This document shows positions 1 to 9,529 of a stretch of 46,464 nt of DNA, piece by piece. The position numbers and the translations under genes were made by a program. Position 1 is the stretch's first letter. Each line of letters opens with the position of its first letter. This DNA is from Eubacteriales bacterium (GTDB lineage: Bacteria > Bacillota > Clostridia > Oscillospirales > CAG-272). The stretch is from assembly GCA_045590315.1 (NCBI GenBank), contig JAZNQU010000025.1, positions 1-46,464 of the forward strand, in the 5' to 3' direction. Below the pieces are notes generated by a model. It had not been told where the DNA came from. It did no database searches and worked only from the letters and a program-made list of their open reading frames with translations.

Positions 1-96
1 TATAACATAGTCTACCGAGAGAATTATATCATACTTTCGTAATAATTGGAATACCAAAACACACATTGTTTACGAGTTGTACACATTTTTTTAACA

Positions 97-1059
97 TTAT
101 TCGTACAGTTTGCAGTTAACAGCATTATAATAACGAGTTTCGCCTGCATCTGTTGAGAGCTTCCATGCAGGGATAAAGAAGAGTCCGTCCTGCGCAGAGT
201 TCCAGTAGATACAATAGGTAAAATCTATATCTGTAATGCTGTATTTATTTGAAATTTCATCCGAGGAGTTATCGGTATCCAAAGTGTCGGAGTTTGCCTG
301 TGTGGGCGTGCTGTTTTTGTTATAATCAAGTTCAGCAAAAAGAACGGATAACTGATCATAAAGATCAGCGGAATAATTTTCACTGTTTTGAGGGAAAAAC
401 CACGTACCCGAGGCACGGTTTATCTTGCCGTTTTCAAGCTCGATATACATATTGTGCTCACGTATGTAGACGTTATCAATCGTTTGGGATACGAGCGCAA
501 TTTTGCTTTTGCTGTCAGAATATGTGTTTAAAATTTCATAAGAAAACGGAGCGTGAGACTCAGCGATCGCTTCGGGATAGAGAAATGATTCAATAAGCTT
601 TTTTTCATCTCTTGTGAGATCCGCAGGGTAGTATTCATTACTCAAATAAAGCTCTTCAAGCACTTCTGCTTGTTCGTACGTGCTTTCCTGCGCGGAAAAC
701 TCAAAGCCGAAGCGTCTGTTGAGATAAAAAAGATTATCATTTCTCATTACAAGCCTGAAGCTGTTGTCGGGCATGATATTTATGCTTGCGCGCTCGGACA
801 GGCTTATCGCCGAGGCAAGATTGTCATAGTACTTGGCATCAAAATCCGATTCAATAATATCGGCATCGGGGTAAGTAGTCGGGATAATTGCAGGGTCGAC
901 CGATATACCGTTATTCTGAAGAATGCTGACGATATCGTTTAAAGTTGAAGAGTCTATTTTCATGCTGTTTTTATCGGAAGCTACAAAGTTGTACAGTAAA
1001 TAGGTATTGATCAACAGCAAAAGCAGTATGAAAAAAATTTTAATGTTTCTGAAATTCAC
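97..1059 (-). CDS. single-pass membrane protein, YycI-like putative auxiliary regulator of the adjacent WalK-type kinase
   Basis: 320-aa ORF with an N-terminal hydrophobic anchor (IKIFFILLLLLINTYLLYNFV) followed by a large soluble domain. It is the last gene of a tightly spaced RR-HK-473aa-320aa string that mirrors walR-walK-yycH-yycI in order, size and topology. The function is assigned by context only. Confidence 0.5.
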   Translation of the reverse strand: MNFRNIKIFFILLLLLINTYLLYNFVASDKNSMKIDSSTLNDIVSILQNNGISVDPAIIPTTYPDADIIESDFDAKYYDNLASAISLSERASINIMPDNSFRLVMRNDNLFYLNRRFGFEFSAQESTYEQAEVLEELYLSNEYYPADLTRDEKKLIESFLYPEAIAESHAPFSYEILNTYSDSKSKIALVSQTIDNVYIREHNMYIELENGKINRASGTWFFPQNSENYSADLYDQLSVLFAELDYNKNSTPTQANSDTLDTDNSSDEISNKYSITDIDFTYCIYWNSAQDGLFFIPAWKLSTDAGETRYYNAVNCKLYE

Positions 1060-1137
1060 GGTTTACTCCGCCTTATATTTATATTTTATGTTGGTTTTCA
1101 AACTCTTGCGACAGATAAAAATGCTCTCTGTTTATTA

Positions 1138-2559
1138 TTACCTTGCTGCCCACTTAATATGATAGATTCCAAAGTCGTTAACAGCATACACAGGATAGGT
1201 AATATTTACATTGTCAAGTGTGTTTATCAGTCTTTTGTATACCGTTTCTTTTGAAAGAGTTACGCTTTTTTCGCCTTCCGGTGAAAAGCCGGATATGTTG
1301 ATATTAAGCTTGCATATTCCGCTTGCGTCAAATACAAAACGGAAAGCCGGGTCGGTATCGATTTTTATACCGTTATAGAAATAGGAGTATTCAAATACCG
1401 GTTTTGCAATATCGTCTTCGTCCTCTGAAGTCTTGTATATACCCGTAAGCTTTATGTCAGCGCTTTTTCCGATAAGCTCGGGATATAAAGAGCGAATGTC
1501 GCTTATAAAAATATTTGTTGCTTTGAGCATATCAAAAAGCGAAAATGAATTGCTTTGACCGGGAATATAACCGAGTATTTGTTTTAAAGGTATCGGTGAG
1601 TTTTCAGCTGTATATTCGATAATTTTGCCGGAGGATACGCTGAGACGTTCATCCGTTCCGATAAATACTGTGGAGCCGTCTCTGTCGGTGTATGTGTTGA
1701 TTTTTTCGGGATTGATTTCAAAAAGCTCAAGAAAGGTTGCGGCAGACTGTTCTGTGTCAAGCTTGAGCATACCGATATCCGAGCTTTCGACAAGCGGTGA
1801 ATAATCAAAAGCACCGTGAATTATCTCAAGTGACAGCAGGCTTTCGTTATCGGACTTGCTTTCTGATAAAAAGCTTACTGTGTCAAGACTGTCGGCATAT
1901 GCATCGATGTATATTTTGTCCGCTTGCTGAAGATTGTAGGGGCTGTTATCTGAATGCATAAATTTATATGCATTGTATTTGGAGTCAAATCCGTAGCAGC
2001 TGTAGATGGTTTTGCCGTTTTCGTTTTGAGATAACAACAGAACGATTTTTGATATGTTTACGGGCAAACCCTGCGCACACATACTTGTATCCACCGAGCT
2101 TTGAGCTGAGGTGAGTGCATATATATAAGGATACGGGAGGTCCGAATTATACTCAAAAAGAATATAGCTGTCGGATTCAAGTACCTCTTTTGCGGCAACG
2201 GGATAGTCGACTTCTGCAGATACGCATACGCTGTCAGAACCGAAGATATCGAGTATAGCGTCTGAAAGCACCGAATACAGGGTAGACGTCAGAGCAGAAT
2301 CGAAATATGTTGCAACGGGATCGTTCCCCGGCTGCTTGTAGGCTATAAGCTTTGGTGTACAGTAGGATATGTCAAAGACCGAAAAAGCCGAGTCTTCAGA
2401 ATCCTGCGTTATCCACAGATTATCGAACACCTTGCTGTCTGAGTCGCGCTCGGTTGTGTTTTCTATAGCATACAGAACGGTCAGCGTAAGCATTGACAGT
2501 ATGAGTATACTTATTATTAAGTTAAGTATGAAATCGCTGATCCTTATTTTAACTTTCAT
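1138..2559 (-). CDS. single-pass membrane protein, YycH-like putative auxiliary regulator of the adjacent WalK-type kinase
   Basis: 473-aa ORF with an N-terminal TM helix (ILNLIISILILSMLTLTVLYAI). It starts 18 nt after the kinase stop. Size and position match YycH (about 455 aa in B. subtilis). The function is assigned by context only. Confidence 0.5.
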   Translation of the reverse strand: MKVKIRISDFILNLIISILILSMLTLTVLYAIENTTERDSDSKVFDNLWITQDSEDSAFSVFDISYCTPKLIAYKQPGNDPVATYFDSALTSTLYSVLSDAILDIFGSDSVCVSAEVDYPVAAKEVLESDSYILFEYNSDLPYPYIYALTSAQSSVDTSMCAQGLPVNISKIVLLLSQNENGKTIYSCYGFDSKYNAYKFMHSDNSPYNLQQADKIYIDAYADSLDTVSFLSESKSDNESLLSLEIIHGAFDYSPLVESSDIGMLKLDTEQSAATFLELFEINPEKINTYTDRDGSTVFIGTDERLSVSSGKIIEYTAENSPIPLKQILGYIPGQSNSFSLFDMLKATNIFISDIRSLYPELIGKSADIKLTGIYKTSEDEDDIAKPVFEYSYFYNGIKIDTDPAFRFVFDASGICKLNINISGFSPEGEKSVTLSKETVYKRLINTLDNVNITYPVYAVNDFGIYHIKWAAR

Positions 2560-2576
2560 GACCGTTCCTTTCGTTT

Positions 2577-4379
2577 TTATTCATCCTCTGATGATTTGAG
2601 AGTTGTAGTTACCGGCAGGGTAATTGTAACCTTTGTACCCTTATCAAGCTCGCTCTCGATTGTTATATCGCCTGAATGAGCATTTATGATCTCTTTTGCA
2701 ATGGCAAGACCGAGACCTGTTCCGCCCGTTTCGGATGTTCTTGATTTTTCAACGCGGTAGAAGCGCTCAAAAATCCTTTCGACATCCTCTTTGGGAATAC
2801 CGATACCGTTGTCGGCAATAACGATTTCGATCTTGTCTTCGTCACGTTTTGATGCCTGTACGGTTATCTGTCCGCCGTCTGGAGTGTACTTGACGGAGTT
2901 TGACATTATATTGATAAGCACCTGCTCGATACGTTCGCGGTCGGCGCTTATTTCGGGAAGACCCGGAACTACTGCAAGCGTAAGCTTGTGTCTGTGCTTG
3001 TTTGCGTCAACACGTATAACGTCGGTAACGTGCTTGAGAGAATCTGCGATCCGGTATTTTGATATTTTCCAACGTGTTTTATTATTGTCAAGACGGGAAA
3101 GGGTAAGCAAATCTGATACTATATTGGTCATTCGGTCGCATTCTGTCAAGGCCATATTTAAGAACACGCGTCTGAATTCATCAGGCATATTTTCGTCCTG
3201 GAGCATCGTTTCACATGCACCGCGGATACTTGTAAGAGGCGTACGCATTTCGTGAGATACGTTTGCCACGAATTCACGTCTTGACTTTTCAAGCTCGTAA
3301 CGGCCGGTGATATCGTGAATAACCGCAATAAGACCGTCGTGAGATGCGTTGTTTTCGTTGTATTTTATATTACCGAAGTTAATATCAAGCACGCGTCCGT
3401 TGTACATAATATCGCTTTCAACAAGAGGATCTATCTGCGGCTTGGATTTGTCTGAATCTGTAGTGTCCGAGTCGGAATTCAACAGATTTATAAAGTTGTT
3501 TACGTTAAATGAGGGGGAGTAAGCATCGCCGAAAAGGTCGATTGCAGACTTGTTTATATGAAGCACTCGTCCGTCTTCGGTAAATGCGATAACCGCGTCG
3601 CGAAGATAGGTAAATACCGTTTCAAGCTTTGCGCGTTCATCAGAAGCAACGTCGAGAGTATTCTTTAGCGCCGCCTTCATTTCATTGAAGGTGGTTGAGA
3701 GCATACCTATCTCATCGTCTGAATAAATTTCTATATCGTGCTCAAAATCTCCCTCGCGAAGCTGTTTGGCACTTTCGGTAATGTTTCTTATCGGTGAAGT
3801 GATAGCTTTAGAAAGGAAGAATGAAAGTATTATGGCAAATATAAGACTCAGAACCATAGTCTGCAGTACTATCGAGAAGATCATCCAGATGAATCTCTGC
3901 ATCTCGTCCATTGAATCCTTGATATAAATCACTACGGAACGATCATTTGTGCCTATGACGCAGGCGTAATCGGCAAATTCGGAGCCTGTCTGCATTTTTG
4001 AGGTGTCTCTTCCGCTTAATGCCGCTATGAGATTAGGGGTTTTTTCAAGAGCTTGTCCGAGTTTATCATCTGTACCGTCGATATACGTACCCGTGGAGTC
4101 GAGTATGTAGAAATTACGGTAATCGTCTATTCCGAGAACACCGCTGTATGAGTCGAGAAGGTCTTTAAGGTCGCTGGCGTAGCTGTCGTTTTCAAGTGCA
4201 TGGGCAAGATCTGCTTTCAGCTGGGAGTTTTCGTCAAAAAGCTCTTCCATCCTGTCGTAAAAGTCAAGCATATAAAAGCTTGTAACGTTGTTGAGCAGTA
4301 TAACGCCGCTGAACACTATTACCGTTACAACGAACAGGACAAGAATGAGGATTATTTTAAAATATAAGCTTGTTTTCAT
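2577..4379 (-). CDS. sensor histidine kinase, WalK/VicK-like (2 TM, extracellular domain, HAMP, PAS, HisKA, HATPase)
   Basis: TM1 near the N-terminus and TM2 at FIWMIFSIVLQTMVLSLIFAIILSFFL. HAMP-like DDEIGMLSTTFNEM. H-box REFVANVSHEMRTPLTSIRG. N-box and G-box ADNGIGIP ... GGTGLGLAIAKEI. Confidence 0.9.
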   Translation of the reverse strand: MKTSLYFKIILILVLFVVTVIVFSGVILLNNVTSFYMLDFYDRMEELFDENSQLKADLAHALENDSYASDLKDLLDSYSGVLGIDDYRNFYILDSTGTYIDGTDDKLGQALEKTPNLIAALSGRDTSKMQTGSEFADYACVIGTNDRSVVIYIKDSMDEMQRFIWMIFSIVLQTMVLSLIFAIILSFFLSKAITSPIRNITESAKQLREGDFEHDIEIYSDDEIGMLSTTFNEMKAALKNTLDVASDERAKLETVFTYLRDAVIAFTEDGRVLHINKSAIDLFGDAYSPSFNVNNFINLLNSDSDTTDSDKSKPQIDPLVESDIMYNGRVLDINFGNIKYNENNASHDGLIAVIHDITGRYELEKSRREFVANVSHEMRTPLTSIRGACETMLQDENMPDEFRRVFLNMALTECDRMTNIVSDLLTLSRLDNNKTRWKISKYRIADSLKHVTDVIRVDANKHRHKLTLAVVPGLPEISADRERIEQVLINIMSNSVKYTPDGGQITVQASKRDEDKIEIVIADNGIGIPKEDVERIFERFYRVEKSRTSETGGTGLGLAIAKEIINAHSGDITIESELDKGTKVTITLPVTTTLKSSEDE

Positions 4380-4400
4380 ACAATTACTATATCCGTTCTC

Positions 4401-5114
4401 TTATTTCAGGTAATAGCCGACACCGCGCTTGTTGTGTACGTATTCGGGATTCTGTGAATCGGTTTCGAGCTTTGTGCGCAGACGGTGAACCGCTGTCGTT
4501 ACCGTTTGCTTCTCGTCTTCGCCGCAGAAATCGTATCCCCAGATCTTGCTGCATATCTCTTCGAAAGTGAATACCTTTCCGGGATTTTTTGCAAGAAGGA
4601 CGAGTATTTCATAGTCTTTTTTGGTGATGTCGTCTATCGGTCTTCCGTCAAGTTCAACAGAATAGTGAGACGTGTCAATTCTGAGCCCTCTTATTTCGAT
4701 GATTTCCTGCTTTACCTCGCCGTCGGAGCTTACGACCTCACCGCGGCTTCTGCGTATATTTGCTTTGATACGGGAAAGAAGCTCGTTTACTGAGAAAGGC
4801 TTCGTTACGTAATCATCAGCACCGGTGTCAAGACCCATTATTTTGTCCACTTCTTCCACACGTGCCGTAAGTATAATAATAGGAGTAGAGAGCTTTTGTC
4901 TTACATTCTTACAAACTGTAAAGCCGTCCATTTTCGGCAGCATCAAGTCAAGTAAGATAAGGTCGTACGTGTCGCTGAGAGCCTTTTTTAAACCCTCCTC
5001 ACCGTCGGATGCTATATCACAGGTGTAACCTGCCTGCATAATATTGTACGCGAGAGTATATGCAATGTTTTTTTCATCCTCGACGATGAGTATACGCTTC
5101 TTTTTTTCTTCCAT
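4401..5114 (-). CDS. OmpR-family response regulator, WalR-like
   Basis: Receiver domain (ILIVEDEK ... LILLDLMLPKMDG ... GADDYVTKPFSVNELLSRIKANIRR) plus a winged-helix C-terminus (VHRLRTKLE ... RGVGY). It lies directly upstream of the kinase. Confidence 0.9.
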   Translation of the reverse strand: MEEKKKRILIVEDEKNIAYTLAYNIMQAGYTCDIASDGEEGLKKALSDTYDLILLDLMLPKMDGFTVCKNVRQKLSTPIIILTARVEEVDKIMGLDTGADDYVTKPFSVNELLSRIKANIRRSRGEVVSSDGEVKQEIIEIRGLRIDTSHYSVELDGRPIDDITKKDYEILVLLAKNPGKVFTFEEICSKIWGYDFCGEDEKQTVTTAVHRLRTKLETDSQNPEYVHNKRGVGYYLK

Positions 5115-5163
5115 GGCAAATCTTTCCTTTCAGTGTCGGAATTGTACTTGTTGAGACTGTTAT

Positions 5164-6372
5164 TTATCTTGGGGGAGTGTATGAGGAATCGGCAAGCCTT
5201 ACGTCGCATTTGTCGGCATTGTCGAAAATAAAACTCAGAGTGCCCGAAAGCACCGTAGCCGTTGTTGCGTTGGAGCCGAATGATATGACAAGAGTGTTTT
5301 TGTCCCAGATTTCATTTATTAACTGATTTATTGCTTCTGTATTGGACATAAGTCCGTCAGCACGTGATACGTTTTCGTTCCATACAGTGTAACCTGATTC
5401 TGCGAGAACACCGGATTGTATATCGGAAATAAGCTGTGTGTTGTTGTATGCAAGAGCATCAGGACGTACAGTGCGGGTTTTAAGCTTGTAAACGCGGTAT
5501 AAAAGCTCGTTTGTCTTGTCAAGCTCTGCTATAAAGCTTTCGGTATCCATATAGGCTCCGGCGTTGTCGGAGCCGGGTTTCAAGGCGAGCTTATGCCCCT
5601 CGCAGATAATGCGCGAAATGGTTTGAGGGTAATTGAGGATGCTTGAGTCGTCTATAAAAAACGTCGCTTTGTATCCGTAATAAGCAAGCGTATTAAGTAT
5701 TGTGTCGGTGTATTCGTTTACAGTGGTGTCAAAGGTGATGTATATAATTCTGTTACCAAGTATGTTCGCAGGTTGCCCGGGAGTAGTTGACGTTGTCACG
5801 CGCGATTCAACGTGGGTAACTTTTTCGGAAGAGTTTTCTTCAAGCTTCAGTAACCCGGGATTGTGTTTTTCAAGAAGCTCTTCAAAACTTAGCTCTGCGC
5901 TTGAATCGCATATGCGTACAGCCACTTCTCCGGTACGCTCATTCTTGAAATATTCAAACTCAAATCCAAGATGGTCGCACACAGTCTTTGCAGGAACGTA
6001 TCTTTCGCCGTAATCAAGCTTGTATGTGCGTATATAAAGATATGTGTTTGCCTGGTCTGTTGCAATATCCGTTGACGCGTCAAAGGATATATATTTGTCG
6101 CCGTGTGATATTACGAATGTATTGAGGTTGTTGTTCACTCGCACCTTGGTATTGTCGAGCTGAGCAAACAGAACAAGAGGCACGTAATATTCGCCATCGA
6201 TTATTTTAAGCGGGCATCGGTCTTCTCTTGCCCAGGTACTGTCGTTGTAATATAAAAGCGGATTGTCAAGAGGCATCGCGTTTATTTGACGGATACTGAG
6301 GGGGATTGCTGAAACGAAGAGTATCAGTGATAAAAACAATACCGCGCATCGCTTTAATATTTTTCTGTTCAA
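5164..6372 (-). CDS. secreted protein with copper-amine-oxidase-N-like stalk domain and a divergent NodB (polysaccharide deacetylase) homology domain
   Basis: Signal-peptide-like N-terminus. YYVPL / YVPAKTVCDHLGFEFEY stalk-type segments. The C-terminal half contains YITFDTTVNEY ... YKATFFI ... EGHKLALKPG, where canonical NodB proteins have TFDDG and H[ST]xxH. Confidence 0.65.
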   Translation of the reverse strand: MNRKILKRCAVLFLSLILFVSAIPLSIRQINAMPLDNPLLYYNDSTWAREDRCPLKIIDGEYYVPLVLFAQLDNTKVRVNNNLNTFVISHGDKYISFDASTDIATDQANTYLYIRTYKLDYGERYVPAKTVCDHLGFEFEYFKNERTGEVAVRICDSSAELSFEELLEKHNPGLLKLEENSSEKVTHVESRVTTSTTPGQPANILGNRIIYITFDTTVNEYTDTILNTLAYYGYKATFFIDDSSILNYPQTISRIICEGHKLALKPGSDNAGAYMDTESFIAELDKTNELLYRVYKLKTRTVRPDALAYNNTQLISDIQSGVLAESGYTVWNENVSRADGLMSNTEAINQLINEIWDKNTLVISFGSNATTATVLSGTLSFIFDNADKCDVRLADSSYTPPR

Positions 6373-6392
6373 AATACCGCCTCCTTTTTGTT

Positions 6393-7496
6393 TTATTGCC
6401 CGGCTTTATCCGAGAGTATATAGGCAACAGCAAGATCGACCACGAGTCCATAGCTCTTTTCGCCTTCGCTTTGCCCCTGGCTTTTCAGGTAAACGTCGTT
6501 TACAGCGCCTGAGATTTCGCTTGCCGTGCTGTTTCTGTAAGCTTTAAAAAACTCACTGTACGCGGCAAGTTCGCATCTTACCTTTATATCAAGGGAGTAG
6601 AAAATTTCAGAATAAAGTTCGGGGTCTGCCGTATAAAGCGCGTCTGTTATATATTCAAGCATACTTAACTTTCCGCTGTATCTTATATAGGCATCGTCTG
6701 ATGCCTCACATACGAGAAAGGCTACAAAATTTGCTTCTTTTTCGCGGGCAAATCCGCGTGCGTGCGCCATTTCGTGAGCAGAAGTAAATGGAAGTGTGTA
6801 ATCGGGGAAGTTTGTGTTTATATTGGTTTCCCCCGTATAATAGGTGTAGACTCCCGAAATGTGTGTGTAGGTCATAGGAACGCTTAATGCGATAGGTTTT
6901 AGCCTTGATCTGAAGTTTTTGATAAACGAGTAATCGTCTGAAAGAGTTCTGTAAGCAGAGTTAAGCTTACCTCCGAGAGTATCAAGGTCATAGCCCATAT
7001 TTGAAAATGAGCCGTATTCAAATTCAATATCGTCTGTAAGTCCGTTTATTTCTTCTGCCAGGATTTCGGCTGTGTTGTAGAGCTGTTGTGTGCTTACGGG
7101 ACGCACTTCGATTTCAAAAAGTTTGTCTGCCGTCGTCGTTGAATAAGCGGGTGCAAACGAGAAAACAAACAAAGCATACATTACCGTGAGTATTATTATA
7201 AGCACGTACACTATTCTCGGATCGGGCTCGCGCCGTCTGAACGTAAGAAAGAGCACGAAAATCATGAGCACCGGCAACATTATAATGAGAGTTTCGGCAA
7301 GCGAAAAGGGAATAAGTGAAGATATAAACGCCAGAGTTGCTCTTAGACAGCTTGAAAATCCAAAGGTCAGAAAATCCGAAACGGTACTTGAGCATCTCGA
7401 TATTATCTGCAATATGAAGCAGAGCGCAATAATTATACCGGGGATTATATATTTGCGGCGGCGAAATATAAAAGCGCGAAATTTTGTATCAGACAT
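6393..7496 (-). CDS. DUF3810-type membrane protein with HExxH metalloprotease motif
   Basis: Three N-terminal TM segments and SAHEMAHARGFAREKEANFVAF (HEMAH zinc motif). The architecture is typical of the DUF3810 family. Confidence 0.7.
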   Translation of the reverse strand: MSDTKFRAFIFRRRKYIIPGIIIALCFILQIISRCSSTVSDFLTFGFSSCLRATLAFISSLIPFSLAETLIIMLPVLMIFVLFLTFRRREPDPRIVYVLIIILTVMYALFVFSFAPAYSTTTADKLFEIEVRPVSTQQLYNTAEILAEEINGLTDDIEFEYGSFSNMGYDLDTLGGKLNSAYRTLSDDYSFIKNFRSRLKPIALSVPMTYTHISGVYTYYTGETNINTNFPDYTLPFTSAHEMAHARGFAREKEANFVAFLVCEASDDAYIRYSGKLSMLEYITDALYTADPELYSEIFYSLDIKVRCELAAYSEFFKAYRNSTASEISGAVNDVYLKSQGQSEGEKSYGLVVDLAVAYILSDKAGQ

Positions 7497-7522
7497 ATTT
7501 TAGACCTTTCGGCTTGTGTTTG

Positions 7523-8407
7523 CTATTTAAGTTCGTCGGGAAGTTTTGCTTCAAGCTTTATTCTTTCGTGTGTAAACGGGTGTGTGAAAGAAAGGAAGAC
7601 ACAATGAAGAGCAAGGCGGGTAAAATCTGAGCCGTCAGGCGTTATTCCGTAAAGTCCGTCCCCGAAAATCGGGTGGCCTATCGAGGAAAAATGCACCCTG
7701 AGCTGATGCGTGCGCCCGGTTATGGGAGAAGCGTAAACCATAGTGCGATCGCCCGACGTTTTTATAACCTCATACTTTGTAAGACAAGGCTTGGAGTCGC
7801 CTGTGTGCAAAGGGTCGGTGCAACGGAGCATGGTGCTGCCGGGTTTTCTCATTATCGGAGTGTCTATAATACCGCCTTCCGGTATTTCTCCGTGCAAAAG
7901 AGCGACGTAAACTTTTTCAAAAAAGCCGCCTGCAAGTTCTTTTGCAATAAGGTGCGCGCTGTGTTTGCTTTTTGCAACGAGCACAACACCGCTTGTGTCT
8001 GAGTCAAGTCTGTTTATTGCTCTGAAAACAAACGGACGCGATTTTTGCTTGAAATAATATGAAAGAGCATTTGCAAGAGTGTCTCTGTAATGATTGTGAG
8101 AGGGGTGAGTCGGCATACCGGCAGGCTTGTTGAGCGCTATCATATGCTCGTCCTCGTAAATTATGTCAAGCGGCAGGCATACAGGCTCAACATTTTCACT
8201 AACGTCGTCTTCGCCGTCTTCATACGCAAGCTCGAGTATATCACCTTGGGAAAGTACGCGTCTGACCGTTGCGTGTTCGCCGTTTACGAGTATTCCCGAG
8301 GGCATAGCTTTAAGCCTTTTTACAAGAGATACGGAAAAGCGCAGGTTGGTGAATAAATACTCTTTAACCGTTTTGCCGTGCGCATATTTGTCAATCGTTA
8401 TCGTCAT
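7523..8407 (-). CDS. RluA-family 23S rRNA/tRNA pseudouridine synthase
   Basis: N-terminal S4-like segment, catalytic RLDSDTSGVVLVAK, and a C-terminal GRTHQLRVH motif. Confidence 0.88.
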   Translation of the reverse strand: MTITIDKYAHGKTVKEYLFTNLRFSVSLVKRLKAMPSGILVNGEHATVRRVLSQGDILELAYEDGEDDVSENVEPVCLPLDIIYEDEHMIALNKPAGMPTHPSHNHYRDTLANALSYYFKQKSRPFVFRAINRLDSDTSGVVLVAKSKHSAHLIAKELAGGFFEKVYVALLHGEIPEGGIIDTPIMRKPGSTMLRCTDPLHTGDSKPCLTKYEVIKTSGDRTMVYASPITGRTHQLRVHFSSIGHPIFGDGLYGITPDGSDFTRLALHCVFLSFTHPFTHERIKLEAKLPDELK

Positions 8408-8449
8408 CTTGTCATCTCTTCAACAAATAATTAAACATACTTATTTATA

Positions 8450-8478
8450 AGTATAGCACTTTTTCGATACAATATCAA
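8450..8478 (-). promoter_or_regulatory. sigma-A type promoter for the minus-strand rluA-family run
   Basis: On the minus strand this reads TTGATA, 17-nt spacer, TATACT, with a TG one base upstream of the -10. An 18-nt palindrome ATACTTAT-TT-ATAAGTAT (8437-8454) overlaps the -10 and start region. Confidence 0.5.
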
Positions 8479-8548
8479 GAACTTTTTTCATCTTTATATA
8501 AAATATTATATATTTGTGTAAGTATAAAATTCTTTTTGGGAAAAGGTA

Positions 8549-8577
8549 TTGATTTATTGGCGGAATTATTATATAAT
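8549..8577 (+). promoter_or_regulatory. sigma-A type promoter for galU string
   Basis: TTGATT (8549-8554), 17-nt spacer, TATAAT (8572-8577). It lies about 60 nt upstream of the galU ATG. Confidence 0.55.
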
Positions 8578-8637
8578 GATTGTGTACGTCTAAATGACGA
8601 ACAAGTTTACAAGCAGACAAAGTGAGGTTGCAAGTCT

Positions 8638-9513
8638 ATGGCGAAAAAGGTTACAAAAGCAATAATACCTGCTGCAGGACTCGGCACAAGAATGCTGCCG
8701 ATAGCCAGAGCAGTACCAAAAGAGATGCTTCCCATTGTAGACAGACCTGCGGTGTCATATCTCGTAGAAGAGGCGGTACAGGCAGGAGTCAAGGATATAC
8801 TTATAATCACAAACAGAGAAAAAGACGCGATGGAAAATTATTTTGTTTATTCCATCGAATACGATAAAAAGCTGAGAGAGTCGGGTAAAGAAAAGCTTGC
8901 CGACGATATGAAGAAAATTGCCGATATGGCTAACGTCTTTTTCTTAAGACAGAAAGAAACCAAGGGACTCGGTCACGCGGTTGCGCGTGCAAGAAGCTTT
9001 GTGGGAGACGAACCGTTTTATGTATTGTACGGAGACGATATAATAGTTTCCGAAACACCTGTGTGTACACAGCTTCTTGAAGCATACGAAAAATACTCAA
9101 AACCTGCAGTCGGCGTAAAGGCTGTTCCTGATGAGCTTGTAGTAAAGTACTGTTCTTTAAAAACAGAGCATCTGACAGATAATTTGTATTCTGTCAGCGA
9201 TATGATCGAAAAACCTTCTCTTGAGAAGAAGTTTTCAAACTTTTCAATACTCGGACGGGTGTTGCTAACCCCCGAGATATTCGACATTCTTAATAATACC
9301 GCACCGGGAGCAGGCGGAGAGATACAGCTTACCGATGCGATGAAAGTCATGGCGCAAAATGGTGGCATGACGGCAGTTGACTTTGAGGGTGAGCGCTTTG
9401 ATATGGGCGCAAAGCTCGGATTTTTGACGGCTAATGTTAAGATGGGTGTAAGGCACCCCGAAATCGGCGAAGACTTTGTGAAATTCCTCAAAGAGTTCGT
9501 GCGTGAACTCTAA
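8638..9513 (+). CDS. galU: UTP--glucose-1-phosphate uridylyltransferase
   Basis: KAIIPAAGLGTRMLPIARAVPKEMLPIVDRP N-terminal nucleotidyltransferase motif. 291 aa, with an RBS (GTGAGG) upstream. Confidence 0.92.
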   Translation: MAKKVTKAIIPAAGLGTRMLPIARAVPKEMLPIVDRPAVSYLVEEAVQAGVKDILIITNREKDAMENYFVYSIEYDKKLRESGKEKLADDMKKIADMANVFFLRQKETKGLGHAVARARSFVGDEPFYVLYGDDIIVSETPVCTQLLEAYEKYSKPAVGVKAVPDELVVKYCSLKTEHLTDNLYSVSDMIEKPSLEKKFSNFSILGRVLLTPEIFDILNNTAPGAGGEIQLTDAMKVMAQNGGMTAVDFEGERFDMGAKLGFLTANVKMGVRHPEIGEDFVKFLKEFVREL

Positions 9514-9529
9514 TACATAATTTTGGGAG

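Noticed and set aside
8533-8544. The 12-mer TTTTTGGGAAAA shared with the rimP promoter spacer (42909-42920), plus a similar GATTTTTGGGTAAAA in the tig promoter
   Set aside because: The positions relative to the -35 and -10 differ in each case. An exact 12-mer shared somewhere within a 46-kb window is expected by chance: roughly L^2/2/4^12, which is tens of such pairs. AT-rich promoter DNA makes it even more likely.
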